Made by a program: the position numbers and the translations under genes. A stretch of 64,000 nt of DNA from Candidatus Altiarchaeota archaeon (lineage in GTDB: Archaea; Altiarchaeota; Altiarchaeia; IMC4; QMZM01): the NCBI GenBank assembly GCA_038891095.1, contig JAWAEV010000001.1, positions 297,292 through 361,291 on the forward strand. The letters run 5' to 3'. Below, piece by piece: positions 37,681-48,250 of the stretch (positions within the stretch are counted from its first letter, which is position 1; each line of letters starts with the position of its first letter). The notes under the pieces are model-generated. The model was given only the letters and a program-made list of their open reading frames with translations. It was not told the DNA's origin and searched no databases.

Positions 37681-39858
37681 TTAAATATAAGCTGGGACTT
37701 TTTTCTTTTCTTCATCCTTAGATTTTTCTTTAAAAAACTCAAATTGCTTTATATCTTGTTCTGAAATAGATGGCTTTATCTTCTCTAATGCCTTTTCAAA
37801 ATGTTCCATGGTAACTTTTGATGCTTTTATATCTTCTCTCAAAGCAATCATTGCAGCTTCTCTACAAACTGCTTCAATATCAGCTCCACTATAACCATGA
37901 GTTCTCTTTGCAAGTTCTTCAAGTTTTACATTCTCAATTGGCATTTTTCTTGTATGAACTTTGAATATTGAAAGCCTTGCTTTTTCATCTGGCGCTGGCA
38001 CAAGTATTTTTGAGTCAAATCTTCCAGGCCTTAGTAATGATGGATCAAGAATATCTGGCCTATTAGTTGCACCAATAATAACAACATTTTCAATATTTTC
38101 AATTCCATCCATTTCTGTAAGAAGCTGATTTACAACTGTTTCAGTTACATGAGAGCCTGCGTAAATACCTCTTCTTGGAGCTAAAGCATCAATTTCATCA
38201 AATAAAACTATGCAAGGAGCAACTTGCTTTGCCTTTTTAAAAACTTCCCTAACTCCGCGCTCGCTTTCACCTACCCACATTGAAAGCAACTCAGGACCCT
38301 TAACAGCAATAAAATTTGACTCTGATTCAGATGCAACTGCCTTTGCAAGAAGAGTTTTTCCACAACCTGGTGGCCCATATAAGAGTATTGCCTTAGGAGC
38401 TCTTATTCCCATTCTCTTAAAAACATTAGGATGCTTTAATGGCCATTCTATTGCCTCTCTAAGTTCTCTCTTAACATCCTCTAAGCCACCAATGTCATTC
38501 CATTTAACTTCAGGGACTTCAATTAAAACTTCTCTTAATGCTGATGGTGTAACAATTTTTAATGCTTCCATAAAATCTCTCCTTTCAACTCTTAGCTTAT
38601 CTAAAATTTCTGCAGGGATTGTATCTTTTTCAAGATCAATTTTTGGCAAAATTCTTTTCAATGTCTGCATTGCTGCTTCTCTTGCCAAAGCAGCTAAATC
38701 CGCCCCAACAAAGCCATGAGTTATCTTGGCTATTTCTGCTAAGGAGACATCATCTGCTAATGGCATACCTCTTGTATGAATTTGCAAAATTTCCTTTCTT
38801 CCATTTCTATCTGGAACACCTATCTCAATTTCTCTATCAAATCTTCCTGGTCGGCGAAGAGCAGGGTCAATTGAATTTGGTTGATTTGTTGCTGCTATCA
38901 CAATAACATTCCCTCTAGTTGTAAGTCCGTCCATTAAAGCTAAAAGTTGAGCAACAACTCGCCTTTCAACCTCTCCACGAGTTTCTTCTCTCTTAGGAGC
39001 AATTGAATCGATTTCATCTATGAAAATTATTGCTGGAGCATTATCTTGAGCTTCCTTGAATATGTCTCTTAACTTTCTTTCTGATTCCCCATAAAATTTA
39101 TCCATAATTTCAGGCCCATTAATTGGTATGAAATAAGCATTTGATTCAGACGCAACAGCTTTTGCTATTAGAGTTTTTCCTGTGCCAGGAGGGCCAAAAA
39201 GCAAAACACCTTTGGGAGGAGTTATTCCAAGTTTTTCAAAAAGCTCAGGATGCTTCATTGGCAATTCAACCATTTCTCTAATACGAGAAATCTCCTCTTT
39301 TAAGCCACCAATATCTTCATATCTAACAGTTGGAATTCTTTTTAACTCAACTGGTTTTGATTTTATTTCTATTTTTGTCTCTTCTTGAACTTGAACTATA
39401 CCTTTAGGAGAAGTGTCTGCAACAACAAATGGGATAGCATCACCTAAAATTCCAATTGATAAGTTATCTTCCAAAACTAAAGGCCTACCTAAGAGTCTTT
39501 GTTTTAAATGAATTGAGAAATCCTCACCAAATCTTATCTCATGTCTTACAGGAGCAATAACAACCTTCTTTGCTGGCTCAACTTTTGCTTTCTTAACAGT
39601 CACTTTATCTCCAAGTGAAACACCGGAGTTTTGCCTTATCAAACCGTCCATTCTTATAATTCCTTCACCATAATCCTGTGGATGCAAAGGCCAAACTATT
39701 GCACTTGTTATTTTTTTACCAGAAATTTCAATTATATCGCCAGATGTTATCTTTAGCTTTTCCATTGAGTCACTATCAATTCTCACGATACCACGACCAA
39801 CATCACTTTGTAGTGCTTCAGCAACCTTTAGTTCAATTTTTTCAAATTTTTCAACCAT
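37681..39858 (-). CDS. cdc48: AAA+ ATPase Cdc48/VCP (two AAA domains)
   Basis: Start taken at [15 protein letters not shown] (ATG at 39858) to avoid overlapping truD. Two Walker A motifs [16 protein letters not shown], two DEID/FDEID Walker B motifs and SRH regions. Confidence 0.9.
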   Translation of the reverse strand: MVEKFEKIELKVAEALQSDVGRGIVRIDSDSMEKLKITSGDIIEISGKKITSAIVWPLHPQDYGEGIIRMDGLIRQNSGVSLGDKVTVKKAKVEPAKKVVIAPVRHEIRFGEDFSIHLKQRLLGRPLVLEDNLSIGILGDAIPFVVADTSPKGIVQVQEETKIEIKSKPVELKRIPTVRYEDIGGLKEEISRIREMVELPMKHPELFEKLGITPPKGVLLFGPPGTGKTLIAKAVASESNAYFIPINGPEIMDKFYGESERKLRDIFKEAQDNAPAIIFIDEIDSIAPKREETRGEVERRVVAQLLALMDGLTTRGNVIVIAATNQPNSIDPALRRPGRFDREIEIGVPDRNGRKEILQIHTRGMPLADDVSLAEIAKITHGFVGADLAALAREAAMQTLKRILPKIDLEKDTIPAEILDKLRVERRDFMEALKIVTPSALREVLIEVPEVKWNDIGGLEDVKRELREAIEWPLKHPNVFKRMGIRAPKAILLYGPPGCGKTLLAKAVASESESNFIAVKGPELLSMWVGESERGVREVFKKAKQVAPCIVLFDEIDALAPRRGIYAGSHVTETVVNQLLTEMDGIENIENVVIIGATNRPDILDPSLLRPGRFDSKILVPAPDEKARLSIFKVHTRKMPIENVKLEELAKRTHGYSGADIEAVCREAAMIALREDIKASKVTMEHFEKALEKIKPSISEQDIKQFEFFKEKSKDEEKKKVPAYI

Positions 39859-39899
39859 ATTAATTATAATACAGATTAGATAAAGATAAATTTGATGTT

Positions 39900-41123
39900 T
39901 CACCAATATTCATTCTTCATTAGCTCTCTTAACAAAATTGTTGCATATGCCCCTTTCGGTATTGAGAATTTAATTACAACTTTTTTACAATCTTTTGAGA
40001 ATTCATCATCTGCTATAGCTAAAATTTCAAAATCTTTAAATTCAAAGAAACTATCTCTTTCACTACCTTCAGAACTCATTTCAGGTATTTCCTTGATAAG
40101 GAAATCCTCCTTTTTTATTCCTTCATTCTCAAGAATTTTTTCTGTTATTTCATCAATATTACTCTTATACCCAACTAAAGGTAACTTCTCAGGATAGATT
40201 TCTTTCTTTATGCAAAAACTTAAGGCTTTGTTAAAAATATATGCCTGATAAGCATGGATGAACATCAACCTGAGTTTTTTTGGAAGTTTTCTTAGAGCAC
40301 CAATATAATCGTTCTTTGCTTTTATAAGATGGTTTAGCATTGTTATCTCGTAGCTTAAATTTTTGGGAAAAATTTTTATAGCCTCTCTAAAATCTTGTTT
40401 CTCTGAAAGAAATTTTCTTGCATTTCTTGATTTTTCAGATTCAGACTGAGAATACTCTGCGAGATATAGCATTACAGCTTCTTTAAAATTTTTCTTTAAA
40501 ATTTCTTTGCCAACAAGATGTGTTATTGGTCTTTGTATTCCAAATCTCTGCAAACCAAAAAAACCTGGAATTTTAAAATTTAATTCTTTTATTGTGGCAT
40601 TTATATTTTCTTTTATTTCATTCTCACTTTTATGAATTTCTCTTATAGTTATTGTAAATCTATTTCCAAGCAGGTCCCCAAGATTAATTCTTTCTTTCTC
40701 ATATTTTGGATCTCTTATTTCAATATCTTTAATTTTGATCTTCATTAAATTTTCAATTGGAACATTCCATAATGAAACTCTCTGTGTTGTTATCGCTCTT
40801 TTATCTTTTGTTCCTGAAAAGCCAAATCTTTTCCTACTAACTCTTAACCTCTTTGAAATTTCCCTTATGGCTCTTAGAGTATCCCAATTATATTTCCACA
40901 AAGTGAAGTGCACATAGCTTGTTATTTCTTTTTTATCATTAGAATTTTTATCTTCTGTATTCAAAGAAAGAATTTTATCCTCAGGATAAATTTCTTCAAC
41001 TATAAAATCTTCAGGCAATTTTTTTATTTTTCCTCCAATACCTTCTGTTTTTGTAGCATAAACTTCTAAACCTACAATTTTTTCAAGTTTTGGCGGTGTA
41101 TTTTCTATTATTTCTGCAATCAT
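39900..41123 (-). CDS. truD: tRNA pseudouridine(13) synthase TruD (Pus7-like)
   Basis: 407 aa. N-terminal [16 protein letters not shown] matches the TruD/Pus7 signature (..iK..PEDF.VeE.). Typical archaeal TruD length. Confidence 0.6.
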   Translation of the reverse strand: MIAEIIENTPPKLEKIVGLEVYATKTEGIGGKIKKLPEDFIVEEIYPEDKILSLNTEDKNSNDKKEITSYVHFTLWKYNWDTLRAIREISKRLRVSRKRFGFSGTKDKRAITTQRVSLWNVPIENLMKIKIKDIEIRDPKYEKERINLGDLLGNRFTITIREIHKSENEIKENINATIKELNFKIPGFFGLQRFGIQRPITHLVGKEILKKNFKEAVMLYLAEYSQSESEKSRNARKFLSEKQDFREAIKIFPKNLSYEITMLNHLIKAKNDYIGALRKLPKKLRLMFIHAYQAYIFNKALSFCIKKEIYPEKLPLVGYKSNIDEITEKILENEGIKKEDFLIKEIPEMSSEGSERDSFFEFKDFEILAIADDEFSKDCKKVVIKFSIPKGAYATILLRELMKNEYW

Positions 41124-41150
41124 TCTAAATTACATTAATAATATAATAAT

Positions 41151-41453
41151 ATGGAAGAATTTTCTAAATTACAAAAGCAAGTTTTTGAGTATGATGAGAA
41201 AAATAATTGGCTAGCAGACGATAGCAGAGAAATTGTTTTGCATATGCAAGAAGAACTTGGAGAAATAGCAAGAGAAATTTTAAGATTTTGTGAATATAAA
41301 AAGGATAAAATTTTTTTAAAGGAGAAATTATCAGAAGAAATCTCTGACCTTTTTTACTTAACTCTAAAATTGGCAAACAAATTTCAAATTCAATTAGATG
41401 AATCCTGGAGCAATATGTGGGAGAGATATAAAGCGAAAGTTAGTAGAAAGTAG
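41151..41453 (+). CDS. MazG-like nucleotide pyrophosphohydrolase (small all-alpha NTP-PPase)
   Basis: 100 aa. Has the EExxE metal-binding pattern HMQEELGEIAREIL and a second acidic helix EEISDLFYL. Confidence 0.5.
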   Translation: MEEFSKLQKQVFEYDEKNNWLADDSREIVLHMQEELGEIAREILRFCEYKKDKIFLKEKLSEEISDLFYLTLKLANKFQIQLDESWSNMWERYKAKVSRK

Positions 41454-41454
41454 A

Positions 41455-42141
41455 ATGCCACAAAAATCTTTACTGATTTCGGAGGAACAATTTGAAAAAT
41501 TAAAAAAATCAAAAATTGTTAGGAAAGGAAATTTAAAATCAGAATATGAAAAGTTAAGGGGCAAAATTGATAAATCAACAGTTGTTGTTTATGAAGGTAA
41601 ACATGGGCTCACATTGCTTATACAAAATTTAACTCCTTTAGTTGAAAAGAAGGTCGATGATATAATTGGAAAAGAAAAAAAGAGGGTTATTGAGATTGAT
41701 GATAGCGGCTGGGGCGAGCCAATTGGTGGAGTTTTTATTGTAGGTAGGGATTTAGAAACTGGTAAAATTTCAAAGCAAGAAATTCCAGTAAATTTTTTTC
41801 AAGAGCCAAATTTTAAGGCAGGTAAGTACTATATCGAAACGATACGCGCTGTAAATGCTATACTCTATGAGCTTGATGCAGAACCAACAAAAACACTTAT
41901 AAAAATTTGCCCAGGAGAAATTTTTTCACATGTTTATAGATTTCTTGAAAATAATGGATATGAATGTAAAAAAGTTAAAATTCGTGGCGAAACGCAAAGA
42001 ATTGCAGAAAAGGCCTTTGATTCTTATCTAAAAAAAATAGGTTGTCCCAGAGGCTATAAAAAGATGAAAAAATGGTTGGAAGAAAATAGAGAAGAAAGAG
42101 AAAAATTTGCAAAAACTGGTTGGAAAGAATTCAGAAAATGA
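41455..42141 (+). CDS. Conserved hypothetical protein with I-E-I-D-D-S-G-W-G-E-P-I-G-G motif
   Basis: About 228 aa from MPQKSLL. The upstream ATG at 41398 would overlap the MazG-like gene. 4-nt ATGA overlap with the trpS start. Confidence 0.35.
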   Translation: MPQKSLLISEEQFEKLKKSKIVRKGNLKSEYEKLRGKIDKSTVVVYEGKHGLTLLIQNLTPLVEKKVDDIIGKEKKRVIEIDDSGWGEPIGGVFIVGRDLETGKISKQEIPVNFFQEPNFKAGKYYIETIRAVNAILYELDAEPTKTLIKICPGEIFSHVYRFLENNGYECKKVKIRGETQRIAEKAFDSYLKKIGCPRGYKKMKKWLEENREEREKFAKTGWKEFRK

Positions 42142-43235
42142 ATGAAAAACTTGATCCCTGGGAAGTTGAAAGTATAGAGAATTATGAAAAACTATTTAAG
42201 GAATTTGGTATAGAGCCTTTTAGTAAATTTAAAGAGAAATTTTCTGAGAATAAGTATATGAGGCGTGGTATAATTTTTGGTCATAGAAACTTTGAAAGAA
42301 TAGCAAATGCTATAGAAAATAAAAATAAATTTTGTATGATAACAGGACTCATGCCATCTGGGAAATTTCATTTTGGGCATAAGATTGTTGCTGAGCAGAT
42401 AATATGGTATCAAAAGCTAAATGCTAAGATTTATGTATGTGCTGCCGACATTGAATCATATCTAATGAGAAATGTAAAATTTGATGAAGCAAGAAAAATT
42501 GCAATTAATGAATATCTAAGAAATTACATTGCTTTAGGTTTAACTGAAAAAAATTTGACTTTTTGGTTTCAATCAGATTATAAAGTTCCTTATTACAGAC
42601 TTAGAGATGTTTTCTCTAAAAAAGTCACATTCAATGAGTTAAATGCTGTATATGGCTCTTTAGAGCCAAGAAAAATTTTTTCTTCCCTTACACAAGTTGC
42701 TGACATACTACATATGCAATTAAAAGAATTTGAAGGTCCCATGCCAACTGTAGTCCCTGTTGGCGCAGATCAAGATCCACATATAAGACTTACAAGAGAT
42801 ATAGCAGCAAGATTTAGCAAAGAATATGAATTTATTTTACCATCTTCAACATATCATAAATTTATGCCTGGTTTGCAAGGAGGTAAGATGTCATCATCTG
42901 ATGAGAAATCTTACATTGCTCTCACTGACAAACCAGAAAAAGCAAGAAAAAAAATTATGGAAGCAAAAACTGGTGGTAGAGCAACAATTGAAGAGCAAAG
43001 GAAAAAAGGCGGCATCCCTGAGCAATGTATGATTTTTGAAATTTACAAATTCCACTTAATTGAAGATGATAAAGAACTTGAGAAAATTTATAATGAATGT
43101 AAAACTGGAAAATTACTTTGCGGAGAAGATAAAAAAAGATGCTCTGAACTTATGGAAAAATTCTTAAAGGAACATCAAAAAAAATTGAAAAGTCAAAAAA
43201 CTGAAAAAATTGTTGAGAAAATTTTAAATATTTAA
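42138..43235 (+). CDS. trpS: Tryptophanyl-tRNA synthetase (archaeal/eukaryotic type class I)
   Basis: About 365 aa from MNEKLDPWEV. Has the TrpRS-typical DPW N-terminus, HIGH-variant GKFHFGH and KMSKS-variant KMSSS. Confidence 0.85.
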   Translation: MNEKLDPWEVESIENYEKLFKEFGIEPFSKFKEKFSENKYMRRGIIFGHRNFERIANAIENKNKFCMITGLMPSGKFHFGHKIVAEQIIWYQKLNAKIYVCAADIESYLMRNVKFDEARKIAINEYLRNYIALGLTEKNLTFWFQSDYKVPYYRLRDVFSKKVTFNELNAVYGSLEPRKIFSSLTQVADILHMQLKEFEGPMPTVVPVGADQDPHIRLTRDIAARFSKEYEFILPSSTYHKFMPGLQGGKMSSSDEKSYIALTDKPEKARKKIMEAKTGGRATIEEQRKKGGIPEQCMIFEIYKFHLIEDDKELEKIYNECKTGKLLCGEDKKRCSELMEKFLKEHQKKLKSQKTEKIVEKILNI

Positions 43236-43436
43236 TTCAGATTATGTATAGATTCTTCTGATGGATAAACTTGTATAGACCAAACAAATGACTTTGCAAG
43301 TTGTTTACTTAATTCTACATTCAGTTCTCAATGTTAATTCCTAATTATTTAAGGGCTTCTTTTTCTATAGCCCATGCGCGATTATTTTAATCTCTATGTC
43401 ATCAAACTTAGATTGAAGAAAATTAAGAAAATGAAG

Positions 43437-44039
43437 TTATGTAAATATTCCTTGCTCTCTGCATTCAAATTTTTCAATGCCCGTTGTTGTTTTAGTTATT
43501 TTCTCATATAACGAATTTCCTTTTGAATCAATAGCAACTATTAAAGGACCAAAATTTTTAACTTCAAGCTCATAAACAGCTTCTGCTAAGCCTAAATCCT
43601 CCCAATAAACATTTTTTATTTTTTTAATCTGTTTAGTTGTAATAGCTCCACAACCACCAGTCATTGCTAAATAAACACAAGAATTCTTCATTGCTTTTAC
43701 AACTTCTCCACTCATACCACCTTTACCAATTATTGCTCTAATTTTGAATTTTTTTATTATCTTCTTAGCATAGGGGTTTAGCCTTGTTGAAGTTGTAGGT
43801 CCAATTGAGAAAATTCTAAAATTGTTTTTTTCTTTTTTTGCTATTGGTCCAGAATGGAGAATAACAGAATTTTTCAATTTGAAAGGCAGTTCTTTTCTTT
43901 TTTCCAAAAATTTTAAAATTCTGATGTGTGCTTTATCTCTTGCTGTAAAAATTATTCCTGAAATATATACTATATCAGCAACTTTTAGCTCTTTTATTCT
44001 TTCTTCGTTTATAGGAACATTTAATTTGAATTTTTTCAT
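43437..44039 (-). CDS. fumB: Fumarate hydratase class I (Fe-S hydro-lyase) beta/C-terminal subunit
   Basis: Start at MKKFKLNVPINEERIKELKVADIVYISGIIFTARDKAH, the classic beta-subunit N-terminus. 1-nt gap from the alpha-subunit stop. Confidence 0.8.
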   Translation of the reverse strand: MKKFKLNVPINEERIKELKVADIVYISGIIFTARDKAHIRILKFLEKRKELPFKLKNSVILHSGPIAKKEKNNFRIFSIGPTTSTRLNPYAKKIIKKFKIRAIIGKGGMSGEVVKAMKNSCVYLAMTGGCGAITTKQIKKIKNVYWEDLGLAEAVYELEVKNFGPLIVAIDSKGNSLYEKITKTTTGIEKFECREQGIFT

Positions 44040-44040
44040 T

Positions 44041-44904
44041 CTATGAAAATTTAACTTTTCCATTTGAGGAGATTCTAACATTTGCTCTTCTCATTGCCCA
44101 ACATCCAAAAGAAATAGCAATTGGCAAACTTGCTATATGAGTATCTGCAGTTTCTATCGCAACTTTCAAACAAGTTATATCACCACCTAAACCCATTGTA
44201 CCAATTCCTAATTTATTTATCTCATTTAAAATTTCTTCTTCAAGTTTTGCAATCTCTCTATTCTTATTTTTTTCATCTAATTTCCTTAGTAATGCTATCT
44301 TAGCTAACTTCATTGCTTGTTCTGAGCTGCCACCAATACCAACTCCGAGAATTATTGGCGGACAAGAATTTTTTGATTTCTCTTTAACTTTTTCAAGAAT
44401 GAATTTTTTTATTCCTTCAGTAGTTTCATTTGGACTTAGATTTTTATAGGAATTCATATTTTCAGAACCAGCACCTTTAGCAATTAAACTTATTTCAATT
44501 TCTCTTTTATTTGGGATAAATTCGAAATTTATCTCTGGCTGCTTATTTCCCAAATTTGAATTTCTTGGCTTTCTATTTATTGCATCAACTAAATTTTCTC
44601 TCAGTGGAATTTTTTTTGTTGCGATTACTATTGCACTTTTTATTGCTCTCTCAATCTCTGTAATCTTTGTTTCATCACCAAGTCTTACATAAAATGTAAG
44701 AAGTCCTGTATCCTGACAAATTGGTAAAGAATTTTTCCTTGCAAATTTTACATTCTTTAAAATTTCTCCTAATTGGATTCTCGCTAATTCATTTGTTTCT
44801 CTTTTATAAGCCTCTCTTAACTTTTTTTCAACATCTCTTGGTAATGAAGTTTCCACTCTCTTAATCAATTCAAAAATTTCATTAACAAGCTTTGTCTTTT
44901 TCAT
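44041..44904 (-). CDS. fumA: Fumarate hydratase class I (Fe-S hydro-lyase) alpha/N-terminal subunit
   Basis: 287 aa. Has LPICQDTG (the CQDTG cluster-ligand motif) and GGDITCLK. Confidence 0.85.
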   Translation of the reverse strand: MKKTKLVNEIFELIKRVETSLPRDVEKKLREAYKRETNELARIQLGEILKNVKFARKNSLPICQDTGLLTFYVRLGDETKITEIERAIKSAIVIATKKIPLRENLVDAINRKPRNSNLGNKQPEINFEFIPNKREIEISLIAKGAGSENMNSYKNLSPNETTEGIKKFILEKVKEKSKNSCPPIILGVGIGGSSEQAMKLAKIALLRKLDEKNKNREIAKLEEEILNEINKLGIGTMGLGGDITCLKVAIETADTHIASLPIAISFGCWAMRRANVRISSNGKVKFS

Positions 44905-46520
44905 GGATATTCTATACTACTTCTGTATAAAATTGAAAATATTGGTAATATGAAGAATAGTATTGCAAAGACAAATTTAATTTCATATGTAAGGCCTAAA
45001 ATGTTCTCTTTCAAGAGATAAAACCCATTGACTGCCCCTAAGATAAAGCCAATTAATGCTCCACCAAGTACATCCACAATAGAGTGAACTCTTAGCTTAA
45101 CTCTTGAATAAACATAGAGAACTCCTAATGGCAAAAGAATTAAAGATAAAAAAGGCCCTGCTCTTGGGATAAAGTAAACAAATGTTATTGCACCAATTGA
45201 AGTAAGGGAATGTAAAGAAGGGAATCCATACTTTACTATTGGTGTGTTAATATAAGGCACTTTCCTTTCTGTTTTGAATATATACTTTAGAATAAGACCT
45301 ATTATCACTGAGGAAATTATGAATATTAAAGCTGAAGAGAATATATGAAAAATTTCATCAATTTTTGGATAGAGATATGAAGCGTACATAAGAGCAATTA
45401 AAAGAAATGGTACCTCTGGCATTTTGTCTATAAAGTTGTAAATAGCAAAATTTTTACTTTCTTTATCAACAAATTTTTTAAATTTTATTGTAAAAATCTG
45501 CTCACTCTTTTCTTTATCTCCTTTTTTTATTATGCGCTCATAGTATGGTAAGTAAATAAAATGGCTAAATGAAACTTCAGCATTAAAAGTTTTACTTAGC
45601 ATGTCTCTTACTTTTTCAGGATCATAATTTTTTTTCTCAGGTTTAAAATTTTCTGGCAAGTTATTTGATTTTTGTAGATATGCATCTAGATTATATGAAC
45701 TTTTAATTTTTGTTAATTTTCTATTTAGAATAACATACTTTTTTGTAGCAATTTTAGAGGCATAAGAAATTTCAGTTGGTTTCATCTTTAGAATCTCTGC
45801 AAAAGAATCTGTTAGTATTATAATTATCGAGAGAAGTTCATCAGCTATAACCTGGAGAATGCCTCTTCCATATGTTTTTACTTTAATAAGTTCATTGCTT
45901 TCCAAAATAGAAAGCTCCTCCTTAGGAATTTCTTCATAACTCAAAGCTTTTTTAACTGAAATGTCAAAAAGAATTTTTCTTGCTGATTCTGGAAGCTGTA
46001 AAACTCTTTTCAAGTATTCTTCCTTTGAAATTTTATTTCCATCCAACTTATAAATTTCAGCTGTAGTTAGATCAACATAAAGCTTATCTTTTCTGTCTTT
46101 TTCTCTTATTTCGTAAACTCCAAGAACTCTTGCTTTTCTTTCTATTTTCTCATCCGCTGTTGGGAGTATATCAGTAGAAAAACATTCAGAAATTTCCTCC
46201 TCTTTCTCTTCAACTTCAAGTTCACTTTCATTAAGAACTGCAATAAAATGCTCTCTTGCAAATTTTTCTAAATTCTCTTTCAATGGAAATTTAGTTATAA
46301 TTAGACCTTTATCTGCTTTATTTGTATTTATGAATAAAAGGAAATTTTCAAGTTCTTCTATAGATAAGTCCTGTTCATTTACTAATATAGCAACTTTTGA
46401 TATGGCTCCAAAAGCATCTTCACATTCAGCAATGTACCTATGCTCAGGAAAATTGTTTATTGATATTAAGAATAGATTAAATTTTTCTTTAAGTAAATTT
46501 TTGATAGAATTTTCATCCAT
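44901..46520 (-). CDS. Fusion protein: large N-terminal cytoplasmic domain of unknown function plus C-terminal PAP2 (type-2 phosphatidic acid/undecaprenyl-PP phosphatase) membrane domain
   Basis: 539 aa. The C-terminal 190 aa carry the PAP2 motifs KxxxxxxRP-like (KYGFPS), PSLHS(L) and SRVKLRVHSIVDVLGG (SRxxxxxHxxxD) within 5-6 TM helices. The N-terminal ~350 aa are soluble and charged with no recognised motif. Confidence 0.55.
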   Translation of the reverse strand: MDENSIKNLLKEKFNLFLISINNFPEHRYIAECEDAFGAISKVAILVNEQDLSIEELENFLLFINTNKADKGLIITKFPLKENLEKFAREHFIAVLNESELEVEEKEEEISECFSTDILPTADEKIERKARVLGVYEIREKDRKDKLYVDLTTAEIYKLDGNKISKEEYLKRVLQLPESARKILFDISVKKALSYEEIPKEELSILESNELIKVKTYGRGILQVIADELLSIIIILTDSFAEILKMKPTEISYASKIATKKYVILNRKLTKIKSSYNLDAYLQKSNNLPENFKPEKKNYDPEKVRDMLSKTFNAEVSFSHFIYLPYYERIIKKGDKEKSEQIFTIKFKKFVDKESKNFAIYNFIDKMPEVPFLLIALMYASYLYPKIDEIFHIFSSALIFIISSVIIGLILKYIFKTERKVPYINTPIVKYGFPSLHSLTSIGAITFVYFIPRAGPFLSLILLPLGVLYVYSRVKLRVHSIVDVLGGALIGFILGAVNGFYLLKENILGLTYEIKFVFAILFFILPIFSILYRSSIEYP

Positions 46521-46569
46521 TGTTAGAAATTATGTTCAGAAGTTAAATATAGTATCAAGAGCGTTAATA

Positions 46570-47418
46570 TTACTTTTCAGAAAAAATCTCTCTTATCTTT
46601 GCAATACTTCCAAGTATGCTGGATGTTTCAATTGGAAGGAAAATTTTTGTTGCTTTTCCATCTGCTATCTTTTCCAAAGTTTCAAGATATTTAACTGCTA
46701 TTAAATCATTTGTTGGGACTCCCCTATGAATAGCATCATATACCATATGAATTGCTTTGCTTTTTCCTTCTGCTTCTAATATCGCAGCTTGCTTTTCACC
46801 TTCTGCTTTTAAAATTGCTGCTTGTTTAAAACCTTCTGCTTCTAATATTGCTGCTCTTCGCATTCTTTCAGCTTTCATTTGTTTAGTCATTGCATCTGCG
46901 ATATCTTTTGGTGGTTCAATTTTCTTTATTTCAACCTTAGTAATTTTTAAACCCCATTCATCAGTTACTTTCTCTAAGGTTTGTGTTAGAGTTAAATTTA
47001 TTGAATCTCTTGAAGATAGTGTTTGATCCAAATCCATTGCACCAATAGTATTCCTTAAGGCAGTTTGAGCTAACATAGATGTCGCAAGAGAAAAATTTTC
47101 TATATTGTATATTGACTTTTTAGGATCAAATATTCTGAAATAGATAACTGCATCAGCAATAACAGTTGCGTTGTCCTTAGTAATAACCTCTTGTGGAGGC
47201 ACATCAATAATTCTCTCTCTTATATCAACAACATATAGCTTCTCTATAAACGGGAGAACAAAAACAATTCCTTGATCAACTGTTTTTTTATATTTACCAA
47301 AACGCTCTATAATGCCTCTCTCAAAAGGGCGTATAACTTTAATATTTCTCACTACCAAAAATACTAAAACAATTGTTAATATAAGAAAAAAAAATATGAA
47401 TAATTGTAAAAGTGCCAT
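46570..47418 (-). CDS. SPFH/Band-7 (stomatin/prohibitin-like) membrane protein
   Basis: 282 aa. N-terminal TM, then SPFH core (VDIRERIIDVPPQEVITKDNATV...) and C-terminal AAILEAEG repeats. Confidence 0.8.
   Translation of the reverse strand: MALLQLFIFFFLILTIVLVFLVVRNIKVIRPFERGIIERFGKYKKTVDQGIVFVLPFIEKLYVVDIRERIIDVPPQEVITKDNATVIADAVIYFRIFDPKKSIYNIENFSLATSMLAQTALRNTIGAMDLDQTLSSRDSINLTLTQTLEKVTDEWGLKITKVEIKKIEPPKDIADAMTKQMKAERMRRAAILEAEGFKQAAILKAEGEKQAAILEAEGKSKAIHMVYDAIHRGVPTNDLIAVKYLETLEKIADGKATKIFLPIETSSILGSIAKIREIFSEK
46766..46862. repeat. Three imperfect tandem ~33-nt repeats inside the stomatin-like gene (encode the EAEGxKQAAIL heptad region)
   Basis: Direct repeats ccttctgcttctaatat(c/t)gc(a/t)gct... 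are visible in the sequence. Confidence 0.5.
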
Positions 47419-47549
47419 TTTTTATATTAACATGTGACAATTTATATAGAGAATTGATGAATAAAAATTAAATTTTTATATGCTTTTAAGATTTAGCTTA
47501 TTAATTTCTGCTTCAATAGATTTTATATCCACATAAGATTAATTAAAAA

Positions 47550-47975
47550 ATGAGGATAGAGTTGAGATATAGAAACATAGAAGCCAGGAGATTTTCATTT
47601 GCAAATATGCCAGTCGACATAAATAATAACTCTACTGTTGTTTCTGTTTTGGAAGATGAAGGGAATCTAAAGGTTGACTTTGTTTTCACTTCAAATTATG
47701 AACCAAATGTAGGACTTATAAGAATTGAAGGGGAGTTAATAGTCAACGATACTAAAGAGAATATAAAGAAAGTTATTGAAGAATGGAAAAAGTCAAATAA
47801 CAAAAACTTACCTGAAAATTTTGCTGAAGAGATACATAATGCCATACTTACAAATTGTATTGTTGAAGCGACAATACTTTCAAGAGATGTCCAATTGCCA
47901 ATACCAATACCTACTCCAAAAATATCAATAAAAGAAAAAAAGCAAAAAAATGAGGAAAGAGTTTATATAAGGTAA
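47550..47975 (+). CDS. Hypothetical protein in the rpl31e-eif6 superoperon position (possibly COG1325-like RNA-binding/exosome-associated protein; tentative)
   Basis: 141 aa with no clear motif. Sits immediately upstream of rpl31e with a 1-nt gap. Confidence 0.25.
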   Translation: MRIELRYRNIEARRFSFANMPVDINNNSTVVSVLEDEGNLKVDFVFTSNYEPNVGLIRIEGELIVNDTKENIKKVIEEWKKSNNKNLPENFAEEIHNAILTNCIVEATILSRDVQLPIPIPTPKISIKEKKQKNEERVYIR

Positions 47976-47976
47976 A

Positions 47977-48249
47977 ATGAAAAAGAAGGAAAAAACGCAA
48001 AAGGAAGATGAAAGGGTTTATATGGTACCATTAGGTAATGCATTTCAAACTCCAAAAACAAGGAGAGCAAGAAAAGCGATAAATATGATTAGAGAATTTC
48101 TGAAAAGACACACAAAAACAGAAAATATAAAAATTGACGCTTCACTAAATGAAAAAATTTGGGAGAGGGGTATAAAAAAACCTCCAAGAAGAATAAAAGT
48201 GAAGGTTATAAAAAAAGATACTGAAACAATTGCAAGTCTTGCTGAATAA
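47977..48249 (+). CDS. rpl31e: 50S ribosomal protein L31e
   Basis: 90 aa. ERVYMVPLGNAF...RRARKAINMIREFLKRHTK...IKIDASLNEKIWERGI is the L31e pattern. Confidence 0.8.
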   Translation: MKKKEKTQKEDERVYMVPLGNAFQTPKTRRARKAINMIREFLKRHTKTENIKIDASLNEKIWERGIKKPPRRIKVKVIKKDTETIASLAE

Positions 48250-48250
48250 A

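Noticed and set aside
41398-41454. Upstream ATG extension of the hypothetical gene overlapping the MazG-like gene by 56 nt.
   Set aside because: Starting at MPQKSLL (41455) gives a clean 1-nt junction after the MazG-like stop, and the extension has no conserved features.
43236-43436. Possible C/D-box sRNA in the convergent spacer between trpS and fumB (CUGAUGG and CUGA-like elements).
   Set aside because: Only partial box matches are present and they are in the wrong order or spacing. This is not supportable without covariance or expression data.
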